Below, in pieces: positions 9,065 through 17,893 of a DNA stretch of 64,000 bases (the stretch's first letter is position 1; each line of letters begins with the position of its first letter). The DNA comes from Flexilinea sp. Lineage in GTDB: Bacteria; Chloroflexota; Anaerolineae; Anaerolineales; Anaerolineaceae. Made by a program: the position numbers and the translations under genes. The stretch is taken from the NCBI GenBank assembly GCA_041859835.1, contig JBFLFU010000003.1; one strand, written 5' to 3'. The notes beneath the pieces are model-generated. The model did no database searches and was not told the DNA's origin. It worked only from the letters and a program-made list of their open reading frames with translations.

Positions 9065-10537
9065 TTGGAAAGGGATGTCTCAATCTTGAAATTCTGGAAA
9101 TCAAACCGTTTTTTCGACCGGATCCAACATTCGTCGCTTGGCGTTAAACTGAATGCGCTGATGACGATGATGATGATTGCCATGTCGCTCATCATTGTTC
9201 TCATGCTGACAGTTCTGATCAGATTCACCAACCAATATAATCTGATCGTGCAAAATCTGGTCACGGCCAGCGAATTCAATTTTGATTTTAAAGAGACGCT
9301 TGATTATAAAATGTACCAGTTTGTCATTGGCGATGGACGAAACTTCGACGAATTGGATCCGCTTTCCGATATTGTCATGGCGCGGAGTGTGGTCGAGAAA
9401 CTGAAACAGACAACCACCCGCAGCGACAGTCTGAAAAGGTTGAAAAACATTGAGAGTTTTCTGGAAAATCTGGAAAACAGAATTATCACCATCCAAAATA
9501 CCAGCGGTTATGAGATCAATATGACCAGTCTGGATTATGACGTCCGTATATTAACGGAAATGATTAAGGAAAAAGTTCAAGAGTATATTTTTTACGAGAC
9601 GAATGAACTGGCGGAGATTCAAAAGCGAACGAATCACGAGATCCGAATCACAATTGTTTTGCTGGTAATCAGCTCGATTTTTCTGCTGGTGTTGCTGTGG
9701 ATTGCCGCGATTTTAATTACGAACAGCATCACCCGACCGATTAAAATACTTGCGGAGAATATTCGCCTGGTGGGACGCGGGGACTTCACGGTTCGATCCG
9801 GTGAAAGCTATGATGATGAAATCCAAACACTCAATGATGCTTTTGATGCCATGGTCGGTCAAATTGGAAGTTTGTTGGAGGACGTAAAAGAAGAGCAGAC
9901 GAATCTGCGCCAGACTGAATTGAAATTGCTGCAGGCCCAAATTAATCCTCATTTTTTATATAATACATTTGACACAATCATTTGGCTGGCTGAGGACCAT
10001 CAGGATCGGCAGGTGGTGGAAATGATTACATCACTCTCCAATTTTTTCAGGACGACATTAAGCCGAGGAGAAGATGTTATCAGCCTGAAGGAAGAAGAGG
10101 TCCATGTCCGCAGTTATTTGGAGATTCAGCAGGCCCGATACCGCGACATTCTGGAATATGAAATTATCATTCCGGATATGTTGTCGCACTGCAAAGTACC
10201 GAAATTAACCTTGCAGCCGCTGGTCGAGAATGCACTGTATCATGGGATTAAAAAGAGACGAAGTATGGGCCGCATCACGGTTCAGGCTGAGGCTTGTGAC
10301 GGCCATCTGTGCCTGACAGTCAGCGATAATGGGGTCGGGATTGAGGCGGCAGTACTGGCAGAATTGAACGAGGCGATTTCAGACGGGAGCCGTTTTGGCT
10401 ATGGCTTGACGAATGTTCAGGAACGCATCCAGTTATATTATGGAGAGGCTTATGGGTTAGAAATCCGGAGTGAATATGACGTCGGGACCCGTGTGATTGT
10501 GCATCTGCCGCTTGAAATTATTCATCAGCAGGTTTGA
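9065..10537 (+). CDS. YesM/LytS-like sensor histidine kinase (two TM, HAMP, His_kinase, HATPase)
   Basis: LQAQINPHFLYNT, LQPLVENALYHG, DNGVG, GYGLTNV. Confidence 0.92.
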   Translation: MERDVSILKFWKSNRFFDRIQHSSLGVKLNALMTMMMIAMSLIIVLMLTVLIRFTNQYNLIVQNLVTASEFNFDFKETLDYKMYQFVIGDGRNFDELDPLSDIVMARSVVEKLKQTTTRSDSLKRLKNIESFLENLENRIITIQNTSGYEINMTSLDYDVRILTEMIKEKVQEYIFYETNELAEIQKRTNHEIRITIVLLVISSIFLLVLLWIAAILITNSITRPIKILAENIRLVGRGDFTVRSGESYDDEIQTLNDAFDAMVGQIGSLLEDVKEEQTNLRQTELKLLQAQINPHFLYNTFDTIIWLAEDHQDRQVVEMITSLSNFFRTTLSRGEDVISLKEEEVHVRSYLEIQQARYRDILEYEIIIPDMLSHCKVPKLTLQPLVENALYHGIKKRRSMGRITVQAEACDGHLCLTVSDNGVGIEAAVLAELNEAISDGSRFGYGLTNVQERIQLYYGEAYGLEIRSEYDVGTRVIVHLPLEIIHQQV

Positions 10538-10672
10538 GGCGCCGGAAAAAGACTTGTTGCCTGGGTTTTGCTAAGGCGGATTGCTGTAACGGTTCATAAT
10601 TCTTCCTGACATAATTATTTGTTGCATTTCAGTTCGAAACGCTCAGAGACGAATGGAAAGGAGTTGGCATCA

Positions 10673-11677
10673 ATGAGAGGCTATTGCAGGATTGGATTGA
10701 TTTTTTTAGTGCAAATTTGTTCTTTATCCGGATGCGGGATTTTGTCTCGTCCTACGGAAAATTCCCCGGAATCAACGGCGGAAAACGATTTGATTGTGGT
10801 GGGGTTTGCACAGATTGGCGCCGAGTCCGATTGGCGGGTAGCGAATACAGAATCGATCATGTCGACATTTACTGAGGAGAATGGTTTTGAACTGGTTTTT
10901 AATGACGGACAACAGAAATTTGAAAACCAGGTGAAAGCGCTGCGGAATTTTATTCAATTGGAAGTTGATTACATTGTTCTGGCGCCGGTTGTTGAGACCG
11001 GATGGGATACTGTGTTCGCGGAGGTGAAAGCGGCGAACATCCCGTTGATCATTTCGGATCGGTTTGTGGAGGTAAAGGATGATTCACTGTATACTGCCTG
11101 GGTCGGCTCGGATTTTTTAAGTGAAGGCGAAAAAGCGATTGACTGGTTGAACTCCTATTTGGAGTCGCAGGGACGGGCCGACGAAGAAATCAACATTGTT
11201 GAATTACAGGGGACATTGGGGTCGACAGCTGAGATTGGCCGGACGGAAGGGATTGCCAGAAAACTGGCCGAGAAACCAAATTATCACTTGATTGCGATTG
11301 AATCGGCGGATTTTATTCAATCCAAGGCGCGTGAAGTGATGGGTGTTTTGTTGCAAAAACATAACGAAATTGGCGTCGTGATCGCCCAGAACGATAATAT
11401 GGCGTTTGGCGCGATTGAAGCGATGAAAGCCGCCGGAAAAATTCCCGGCAAAGAGATTATAGTCATTTCTTTTGATGCGGTCCGGGCGGCATTTAATGCG
11501 ATGCTTGCCGGGGATTTGAATGTGTCTGTCGAGTGCAATCCGCTTCACGGTCCGCGGGTTGCGGAAATCATTCGCAAACTTGAAGCGGGGGAACCGGTTG
11601 AAAAAAAACGGTATGTCGATGAAGCGGTTTTTGACCAGGAAAACGCGGCGGAACAGCTCCCGGCCAGGACTTATTGA
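10673..11677 (+). CDS. YtfQ-like sugar-binding lipoprotein (probable sensor partner)
   Basis: Lipobox LSGC; VGFAQIGAESDWRVANT, VECNPLHGP; AAGGAG RBS. Confidence 0.85.
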   Translation: MRGYCRIGLIFLVQICSLSGCGILSRPTENSPESTAENDLIVVGFAQIGAESDWRVANTESIMSTFTEENGFELVFNDGQQKFENQVKALRNFIQLEVDYIVLAPVVETGWDTVFAEVKAANIPLIISDRFVEVKDDSLYTAWVGSDFLSEGEKAIDWLNSYLESQGRADEEINIVELQGTLGSTAEIGRTEGIARKLAEKPNYHLIAIESADFIQSKAREVMGVLLQKHNEIGVVIAQNDNMAFGAIEAMKAAGKIPGKEIIVISFDAVRAAFNAMLAGDLNVSVECNPLHGPRVAEIIRKLEAGEPVEKKRYVDEAVFDQENAAEQLPARTY

Positions 11678-11750
11678 CAAGTAAAAATCGGCATAATGTA
11701 AAAGGTTGGTAAAGAAAATCGAAAGAAAATTAACTTAATGTGAAAAGATA

Positions 11751-11812
11751 CAAAAAAAATCCTCTGATGTCAAAAGAATCTCAATTGAATATTTGCGGCG
11801 CTTCCTTACAAT
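11751..11812 (+). promoter_or_regulatory. Putative promoter TTGAAT-16-TACAAT with upstream imperfect direct repeat (candidate YesN-type site)
   Basis: TTGAAT 11785-11790, TACAAT 11807-11812; CAAAAAAAATC at 11751 and CAAAAGAATC at 11771. Confidence 0.35.
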
Positions 11813-11868
11813 AGAAATACATTCACGATATGCGGAGTATCCGCATCATGAGATCCTTAGGAGGAAAA

Positions 11869-12837
11869 ATGAAAAAGGTCGTTAGTTTGCTTGTTTGTGT
11901 CTTGTTGTTCGCGGGCGTGTTCGCGATGGCTGTCAGTGCTCAGAATGATCTGATCGTCGTTGGTTATGCCCAGGTCGGCGCGGAATCTGATTGGCGGACA
12001 GCCAATACCGAGTCATTTAAATCTACATTTGTCCCGGAAAATGGTTATGAATTGATTTTTGACGACGCTCAGCAGAAAGCTGAGAATCAGATCAAAGCGA
12101 TCCGCAATTTTATCCAACAGGAAGTTGACTACATTGTTTTGGCTCCGATCGTTGAAACCGGTTGGGAAACTGTTTTGGGTGAAGCCAAAGAAGCCGGCAT
12201 TCCTGTGATCCTCTCTGACCGTCAAATTCAGGTTACAGATGATTCTCTGTATGTGGCCTGGGTTGGTGGTAACTTCGTGAAAGAAGGCCAGGATTCCATT
12301 ATCTGGTTGAACGAATATGTGAAAGAAAACGGCCGTGAGGACGAAGATCTTAATATCGTACTGCTGCAAGGGACGATCGGTTCATCCGCTCAGATCGGCC
12401 GAACACAGGGTATTGAAGAAGGTATTGCCGCCAATCCGAAATATAATCTGCTGCAGAAACAGACCGGCGAATTCACTCAGGCGAAGGGTCAGGAAGTTAT
12501 GGAATCTTTCCTGAAATTATATGATGATATTGACGTCGTCATTGCCGAGAATGATGATATGGGATATGGCGCAATCGAAGCCATCAAGGCCGCCGGGAAA
12601 GTCCCCGGAAAAGATATCATTATGATCTCCTTCGATTCCGGACGTCGTGCTTTCGAAGCGGTTATTGCCGGTGATCTGAACGTAACCGTTGAATGTAATC
12701 CGCTCCACGGCCCGCGCGTTGCGGAAATCATTCAGAAATTGGAAGCCGGAGAAGAAGTGGAAAAAATTCAGTATGTTGACGAAAGCGTTTTTGATATCAA
12801 AAATGCCGCGGAAGTTCTTCCGACCCGTTTATACTAA
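11869..12837 (+). CDS. YtfQ-like sugar ABC substrate-binding protein (galactofuranose/arabinose-type family)
   Basis: VGYAQVGAESDWRTANT, VECNPLHGP; Sec signal ending VSA; AGGAGG RBS. Confidence 0.88.
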   Translation: MKKVVSLLVCVLLFAGVFAMAVSAQNDLIVVGYAQVGAESDWRTANTESFKSTFVPENGYELIFDDAQQKAENQIKAIRNFIQQEVDYIVLAPIVETGWETVLGEAKEAGIPVILSDRQIQVTDDSLYVAWVGGNFVKEGQDSIIWLNEYVKENGREDEDLNIVLLQGTIGSSAQIGRTQGIEEGIAANPKYNLLQKQTGEFTQAKGQEVMESFLKLYDDIDVVIAENDDMGYGAIEAIKAAGKVPGKDIIMISFDSGRRAFEAVIAGDLNVTVECNPLHGPRVAEIIQKLEAGEEVEKIQYVDESVFDIKNAAEVLPTRLY

Positions 12838-12856
12838 TTTATTGTGCTAACAAAAG

Positions 12857-12887
12857 ATGGCAGGTGGACTTCGCCTGCCATTCTTTT
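12857..12887 (+). terminator. Intercistronic hairpin plus U-tract after the SBP gene
   Basis: ATGGCAGGTG-GACTT-CGCCTGCCAT-TCTTTT. Confidence 0.6.
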
Positions 12888-12921
12888 CCCATACGATACA
12901 AATGAAAAGAGGGTACCCTAT

Positions 12922-14451
12922 ATGGTGGGCAAAGAATTATTGAAAATGCGTCACGTCAGTAAGTCTTTCCCGGGTGTTCGGGCGTTGAGTGACGTGGACT
13001 TCACACTGAGAAGCGGTGAAATTCACGCGTTAATGGGTGAAAACGGCGCCGGTAAATCAACACTGATTAAAGTTTTGACGGGTGTGGAAGATTTTGAAGA
13101 CGGTGAAGTAACCGTTTCCTGGAGCGAGGCTCCGTTAATCAATCATTCCCCGCAGGAAGCGCAGGCGAATGGGATCAGTACGGTTTATCAGGAAGTGAAT
13201 CTTTGTCCCAACCTTTCCGTTGCGGAAAATATCTTTATTGGCCGTGAACCGAAGAAGTGGGGATTAATTGACTGGCAGGCGATGAATGACGGCGCACGCG
13301 CAGTGCTTGCCGGTTTGAACCTTTCCCACATCGATGTGACGAAGTCGCTCGAACGCTATTCAGTTGCAATTCAGCAGATGGTTGCTATTGCCCGGGCGGT
13401 TGATATCGAATCGAAAATCCTGATCTTGGATGAACCTACCTCGTCGCTGGACGAGCACGAAACCGAGAATCTGTTTCAGCTCATGCGACAGATCAGGGAC
13501 AAAGGCGTCGGAATTATTTTTATTACCCATTTTTTGAACCAGGTTTATGAAATTTGCGATCGGATTACGGTGCTTCGCAATGGGATGCTGGTGGGCGAAT
13601 ATGCCGTGAAGGAACTGCCGAGAGTCCAGCTGGTTGCGAAGATGCTGGGGAAAGAGCTTGATGATTTAGCCGCAATCAAGAAAGGGTACGCCGAAGATTC
13701 CAATTCCGTTGCCAGGTCCGCTTTGATTGAAGCAAAAGGCATTGGTCACCGCGGCTCGATCAAACCATTCGATTTGGATATCTTCCCGGGAGAAGTGGTC
13801 GGATTATCCGGTCTTTTGGGTTCAGGACGTTCTGAATTGGCCCGGTCTATCTATGGCGCGGATCCGGCGGATAGCGGCGACCTGCTGGTGCAAGGGAAGA
13901 AAGCGAAAGTCAATGCACCGATTGATGCGATTCATCTTGGCATGGCTTATCTTCCGGAAAACCGAAAAGAGGAAGGTATTATCAGCGAACTTTCCGTTCG
14001 AGAAAATATGATGATCGCGTTGCAGGCCAAAAGAGGGGCGTTCCGTTTGCTCAGCAAAAAGGAACAGCTGGCGCTGACGGAAAAATACATTAAGTTGCTC
14101 CAAATCAAAGTGGCGGACGCGGAAGCACCGGTCAGGCAGCTCAGCGGCGGTAATCAGCAAAAGGTAATTTTGGCACGTTGGCTGATCACGGATCCTGATT
14201 TTCTGATTCTGGATGAACCGACGCGCGGGATTGACGTCGGAACCAAGACGGAGATCCAAAAATTGGTCCTGGAATTGTCCGAAGATGGGATGGCCGTCAT
14301 GTTTATCTCGTCCGAGATCGACGAAATGCTGCGCACAGTGAGCCGGATGTATGTCCTGCGGGACAGAGAAAAGGTGGGGGAATTAATGGAAGATGCGTTG
14401 ACGGAAAATCAGGTCATGGCAGCGATTGCCGGAGGAGAATCGAATGACTAA
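12922..14451 (+). CDS. Sugar ABC ATP-binding protein (YtfR-like, two NBDs)
   Basis: GENGAGKS, LDEPT twice, LSGGNQQK. Confidence 0.93.
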   Translation: MVGKELLKMRHVSKSFPGVRALSDVDFTLRSGEIHALMGENGAGKSTLIKVLTGVEDFEDGEVTVSWSEAPLINHSPQEAQANGISTVYQEVNLCPNLSVAENIFIGREPKKWGLIDWQAMNDGARAVLAGLNLSHIDVTKSLERYSVAIQQMVAIARAVDIESKILILDEPTSSLDEHETENLFQLMRQIRDKGVGIIFITHFLNQVYEICDRITVLRNGMLVGEYAVKELPRVQLVAKMLGKELDDLAAIKKGYAEDSNSVARSALIEAKGIGHRGSIKPFDLDIFPGEVVGLSGLLGSGRSELARSIYGADPADSGDLLVQGKKAKVNAPIDAIHLGMAYLPENRKEEGIISELSVRENMMIALQAKRGAFRLLSKKEQLALTEKYIKLLQIKVADAEAPVRQLSGGNQQKVILARWLITDPDFLILDEPTRGIDVGTKTEIQKLVLELSEDGMAVMFISSEIDEMLRTVSRMYVLRDREKVGELMEDALTENQVMAAIAGGESND

Positions 14452-15484
14452 GCTGTTTCGGAAAATCACCGGTTTTCACCTGTTTCTCCCCATTGTGGCG
14501 TTAGTGCTGGTTCTGCTTTTTAATTTGATCAAAACCCCCAATTTCTTTCAAATCACGATTCTGAACGGCACTTTGTACGGTTTTCTTATCGATATTATCA
14601 ACCGCTCCAGCGAGTTGGTAATTCTGGCCATCGGGATGACGTTGGTCGTGGCTGCTTCCGCAGGAACGGATATCTCTGTCGGGACTGTCAGCGCGGTCGC
14701 CGCGGCGATCATTTGCTACTCACTGGGCTCAAGTCAGGATAGTTACCAGATCCCCTATTTCGCTGGAATTGCGTTAGGGTTGGCCGGCGGATTGCTCTGC
14801 GGGATGTGGAATGGCTTTCTGGTTGCCAGGATGAAGATTCAGCCCATGGTGGCCACATTGATCCTGTATACAGCGGGACGGGGAATTGCGCAACTGATTT
14901 GTAATGGGCAGATCATTCATGTCGAAAAAAGCAGTTACCGTATTTTAGGCAGTTTTCTCCCGGGCTTCCCGCTGCCGACGCCGGTGATGGTGGCGGTGCT
15001 TGTGGTGGTTGCCACGGCTCTGATTCTGAAAAAGACGGCGCTGGGAATGTATATCCAGACGGTGGGGATTAACAGCAGGGCCGGACGTCTGGTCGGGTTG
15101 AATTCCAGACAGATTATTTTTATGGCTTATGCTTTTTGTGGTTTGTGCTCCGGAGTCGCGGGCGCCATTATGAGCTCGCGGATCGCGGCTTGCGACGCCA
15201 ACAATATTGGGAATAACATGGAATTAGATGCGATCCTTGCGGTCGCATTGGGCGGGAACAGTCTTGGCGGCGGCAGGTTCTCGCTGTTAGGTTCTGTGAT
15301 CGGCGCGGTCACGATTCAGGCGCTGACGACGTCACTGTATGCCATGCACGTCACTGCGGACCAGCTTCCCATCTATAAAGCGTTGGTGGTCGTGGTAATT
15401 GTGACGCTGCAATCCCCTGAGTTCAAGAAGTGGATTGGGTCTCTGCAGCGGAGGCGGGGCACGAAAGCTGAGGCGGCGAGATGA
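14444..15484 (+). CDS. Sugar ABC permease (YtfT-like)
   Basis: AGTDISVG, MELDAILAVALGGNSLGGG; multi-TM. Confidence 0.88.
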   Translation: MTKLFRKITGFHLFLPIVALVLVLLFNLIKTPNFFQITILNGTLYGFLIDIINRSSELVILAIGMTLVVAASAGTDISVGTVSAVAAAIICYSLGSSQDSYQIPYFAGIALGLAGGLLCGMWNGFLVARMKIQPMVATLILYTAGRGIAQLICNGQIIHVEKSSYRILGSFLPGFPLPTPVMVAVLVVVATALILKKTALGMYIQTVGINSRAGRLVGLNSRQIIFMAYAFCGLCSGVAGAIMSSRIAACDANNIGNNMELDAILAVALGGNSLGGGRFSLLGSVIGAVTIQALTTSLYAMHVTADQLPIYKALVVVVIVTLQSPEFKKWIGSLQRRRGTKAEAAR

Positions 15485-16503
15485 TAAAAAAGATAAAAAG
15501 CAGCATTGATGAAAATGCCTATTTGCTGATCATCACCATCCTGATGTTTGTCGTGATGTACGGATTGGGGATGATTATTTTTGCCGACAAAGGATTTGCA
15601 AAACCGCAGACCTTTCTGAATCTTTTCGTGAACAACGCGGGGTTGATTGTTGTCGCGGTCGGCATGACGGTCGTGATGATCACCGGCGGCATCGATATTT
15701 CAGTCGGTTCCGTTGTCGGACTGTCCTGTATGATGCTGGCGTATATGATGGAAAACATGAATGTGCCGGCATTTGCTGCGATGGCCATTGTTTTGGTGTA
15801 TGGGCTTCTGTTTGGCTCGATACAGGGCTTTCTGGTGGCTTATCTGCGGGTTCAGCCGTTTATTGTGACGTTGGCCGGAATGTTCTTCTGCCGTGGGCTG
15901 ACCGCGGTGATCAGCTCGGCCATGATCAATATCACGAACGCCACCTTTATGAAAATTTCCCAATTCAAGATCTATTTTCCGTTTCTCGCCACACTGAACA
16001 AAAAGGGTAAGCTGATCACGCCGTTTATTTATCCATCGGTGATTATTGCATTGATTGTCCTGCTGGTTTTCTTTGTGGTGCTGAAATATACAAAATTTGG
16101 CCGCGCTATTTATGCGGTGGGGGGAAACGAACAATCGGCGCTGTTGATGGGGCTGAACGTTCGCAACACGAAACTGAAGGCTTATATTCTGAACGGTTTC
16201 CTGGCGACGCTGGGCGGTATTCTCTTTTGTTTCAATACCAATGCGGGCTTTGTTGAACAGGCCCGCGGGTTTGAGATGGAGGCGATCGCTTCGGCTGTCA
16301 TCGGCGGGACATTGCTGACGGGCGGCGTCGGGAATGTGATCGGCTCACTTTTCGGGGTGTTGATTAAGGGAACGATCGAATCGTTTATTACCACGCAGGG
16401 GACGCTTTCTTCCTGGTGGACAAGAATTGTGATTTCGCTTTTGCTGGCTTTCTTCATTATCCTTCAAAGTGTGTTTGCTTCGATCAAGGACCGGAATCGG
16501 TAG
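15481..16503 (+). CDS. Sugar ABC permease (YjfF-like)
   Basis: GGIDISVGS, YAVGGNEQSA, EMEAIASAVIGGTLLTGG. Confidence 0.88.
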   Translation: MIKKIKSSIDENAYLLIITILMFVVMYGLGMIIFADKGFAKPQTFLNLFVNNAGLIVVAVGMTVVMITGGIDISVGSVVGLSCMMLAYMMENMNVPAFAAMAIVLVYGLLFGSIQGFLVAYLRVQPFIVTLAGMFFCRGLTAVISSAMINITNATFMKISQFKIYFPFLATLNKKGKLITPFIYPSVIIALIVLLVFFVVLKYTKFGRAIYAVGGNEQSALLMGLNVRNTKLKAYILNGFLATLGGILFCFNTNAGFVEQARGFEMEAIASAVIGGTLLTGGVGNVIGSLFGVLIKGTIESFITTQGTLSSWWTRIVISLLLAFFIILQSVFASIKDRNR

Positions 16504-16548
16504 GCAGTTAAATAGATCCGCCGGACAAAGCCTTCTATTTTCCCGGAC

Positions 16549-16611
16549 CGCAATCCGTTGCTCTGTTTTTTACCATGCTTCCCATGGTAAAAAACAGAGC
16601 AACGGATTGCG
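16549..16611. repeat. Perfect 29-bp inverted repeat with 5-nt loop, probable terminator of the sugar ABC operon
   Basis: CGCAATCCGTTGCTCTGTTTTTTACCATG-CTTCC-CATGGTAAAAAACAGAGCAACGGATTGCG then TTTTT. Confidence 0.9.
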
Positions 16612-16817
16612 TTTTTATGCTCAGCAAGTGTATCCCCGACGCCAATGTTGAATTATGATATGTTATATTCACGTATGATCGGCCCATCTGCGAGACAGGC
16701 CAGAGCATGTGGAAGAGTCGCAAGTACAGGGCCGATCCCTGTGCCGATTGATGTAAGTGAAACTGAATGCGGATATACGTTCTAATATCGATTTCTTAGC
16801 TGAAGGAGGAAATTAAA

Positions 16818-17594
16818 ATGAGACTTCATATGCAACGATGGATCTACAAACTATTGTTTTTTGTCATTCTATGTGCAGTCAGTGGGGGGCATGGCGTCAG
16901 CGCGCAGGCTGCGCTGCCCACCATATTGCCGGATATGCCGAAGCCGGCGGACTCGGCGTTGCTCAGCCAGACGGTGAGCGATATTACGGTAGAAATCACG
17001 CGAATTGGCTATGGGGATCAAGAAATGGCTAATTTCACCGAAAACCCGACAGCCGAACCCCTGCCTTACCGGAATGTTGTGGTTGACGCCTGTTTTACCA
17101 AACCGGACGACGGGGAATGGTTTCTGTATGCGGACCTTACGGACGGCTTTGAATTTGGAGAAACAAATGCTATTTCAATCAATTCGCTTTATGATCACCG
17201 GGTCGAAATCCAGGCCGACGGGAAAAAGATGGGTGAAGATTGTAAACGCTTCTATTATTTGATTCCAGCTGACCAGAAAATCACTTTCCCGCTTATGATC
17301 CGGTTCCGTCATATTTTTACACTTCCGCGTGAGGGAATGGGCACCTGCGAGAATTTTCTCTATCGGGTGAAAACCAGCCCGGCAGCGCAAACCGCCGGGA
17401 TCCAGGCGACGTGTGACGATGTCCAACCGCTAAGCGAATGGACGAGCAGCCAATTCGCTTTCAATCTTGTTTCGTACGATTCCCAAAAGGCAACACAGCA
17501 GGAAGCCAATCAGATCCTGCGGGATATACAAGCGGGTATCGTCTATGGCCCCTGGATTTTCACTATTGAGGGAGAAGATCTGTTTTCAGAATGA
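16818..17594 (+). CDS. Secreted hypothetical protein, 258 aa
   Basis: AAGGAGG RBS; signal peptide ending VSA-QA; several Cys in the mature part; ends GPWIFTI. Confidence 0.7.
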   Translation: MRLHMQRWIYKLLFFVILCAVSGGHGVSAQAALPTILPDMPKPADSALLSQTVSDITVEITRIGYGDQEMANFTENPTAEPLPYRNVVVDACFTKPDDGEWFLYADLTDGFEFGETNAISINSLYDHRVEIQADGKKMGEDCKRFYYLIPADQKITFPLMIRFRHIFTLPREGMGTCENFLYRVKTSPAAQTAGIQATCDDVQPLSEWTSSQFAFNLVSYDSQKATQQEANQILRDIQAGIVYGPWIFTIEGEDLFSE

Positions 17595-17643
17595 AAGGAG
17601 AATTTTGGGAGGAAATTGCTGTCATACGTTTGAAAAACGTATC

Positions 17644-17672
17644 TTGACCGGCTGAGAAAATCCGAATACACT
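17644..17672 (+). promoter_or_regulatory. Sigma70-type promoter of the metNIQ leader
   Basis: TTGACC (17644-49), 17 nt, TACACT (17667-72); predicted TSS about 17679; palindrome ATACGTTT-GAA-AAACGTAT at 17624-17642 just upstream. Confidence 0.65.
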
Positions 17673-17678
17673 ATACTC

Positions 17679-17835
17679 ATGTTGAATTATTCGAGGAACG
17701 GGTACGGAATGTTGATGTGCAGCCGCCAAACAGGGCGGTCGCTGAGCTTTGCGTATCCACAATCGGTATTTATTGGTTAATATTCTCCTGATGATTCGTG
17801 AGGCTCTTTTGTAATAAAAAGAGCCTCTTTTTTTT
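17679..17835 (+). promoter_or_regulatory. Attenuator leader: 33-codon uORF plus alternative helices plus intrinsic terminator
   Basis: uORF 17679-17780 MLNYSRNGYGMLMCSRQTGRSLSFAYPQSVFIG; terminator GAGGCTCTTTT/AAAAGAGCCTC plus T-run; antiterminator 17744-57 pairs with 17793-806. Confidence 0.7.
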
Positions 17836-17893
17836 GATAATAATCAATGCCGATCGAGTTCTTCAAACGAAAAAATCTCCGGAGAAGAATGTA

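Noticed and set aside
11674-11699. Perfect TTGACA as promoter of the sugar ABC operon
   Set aside because: The nearest -10-like hexamers are only 12-14 nt away; TTGA is the upstream gene's stop context
17650-17835. TPP, SAM-I or T-box riboswitch upstream of metN
   Set aside because: GCTGAGA lies in the promoter spacer and lacks the downstream TPP core; there is no AUCxAGAG/GCAACC SAM-I core and no GGTGGTACC T-box
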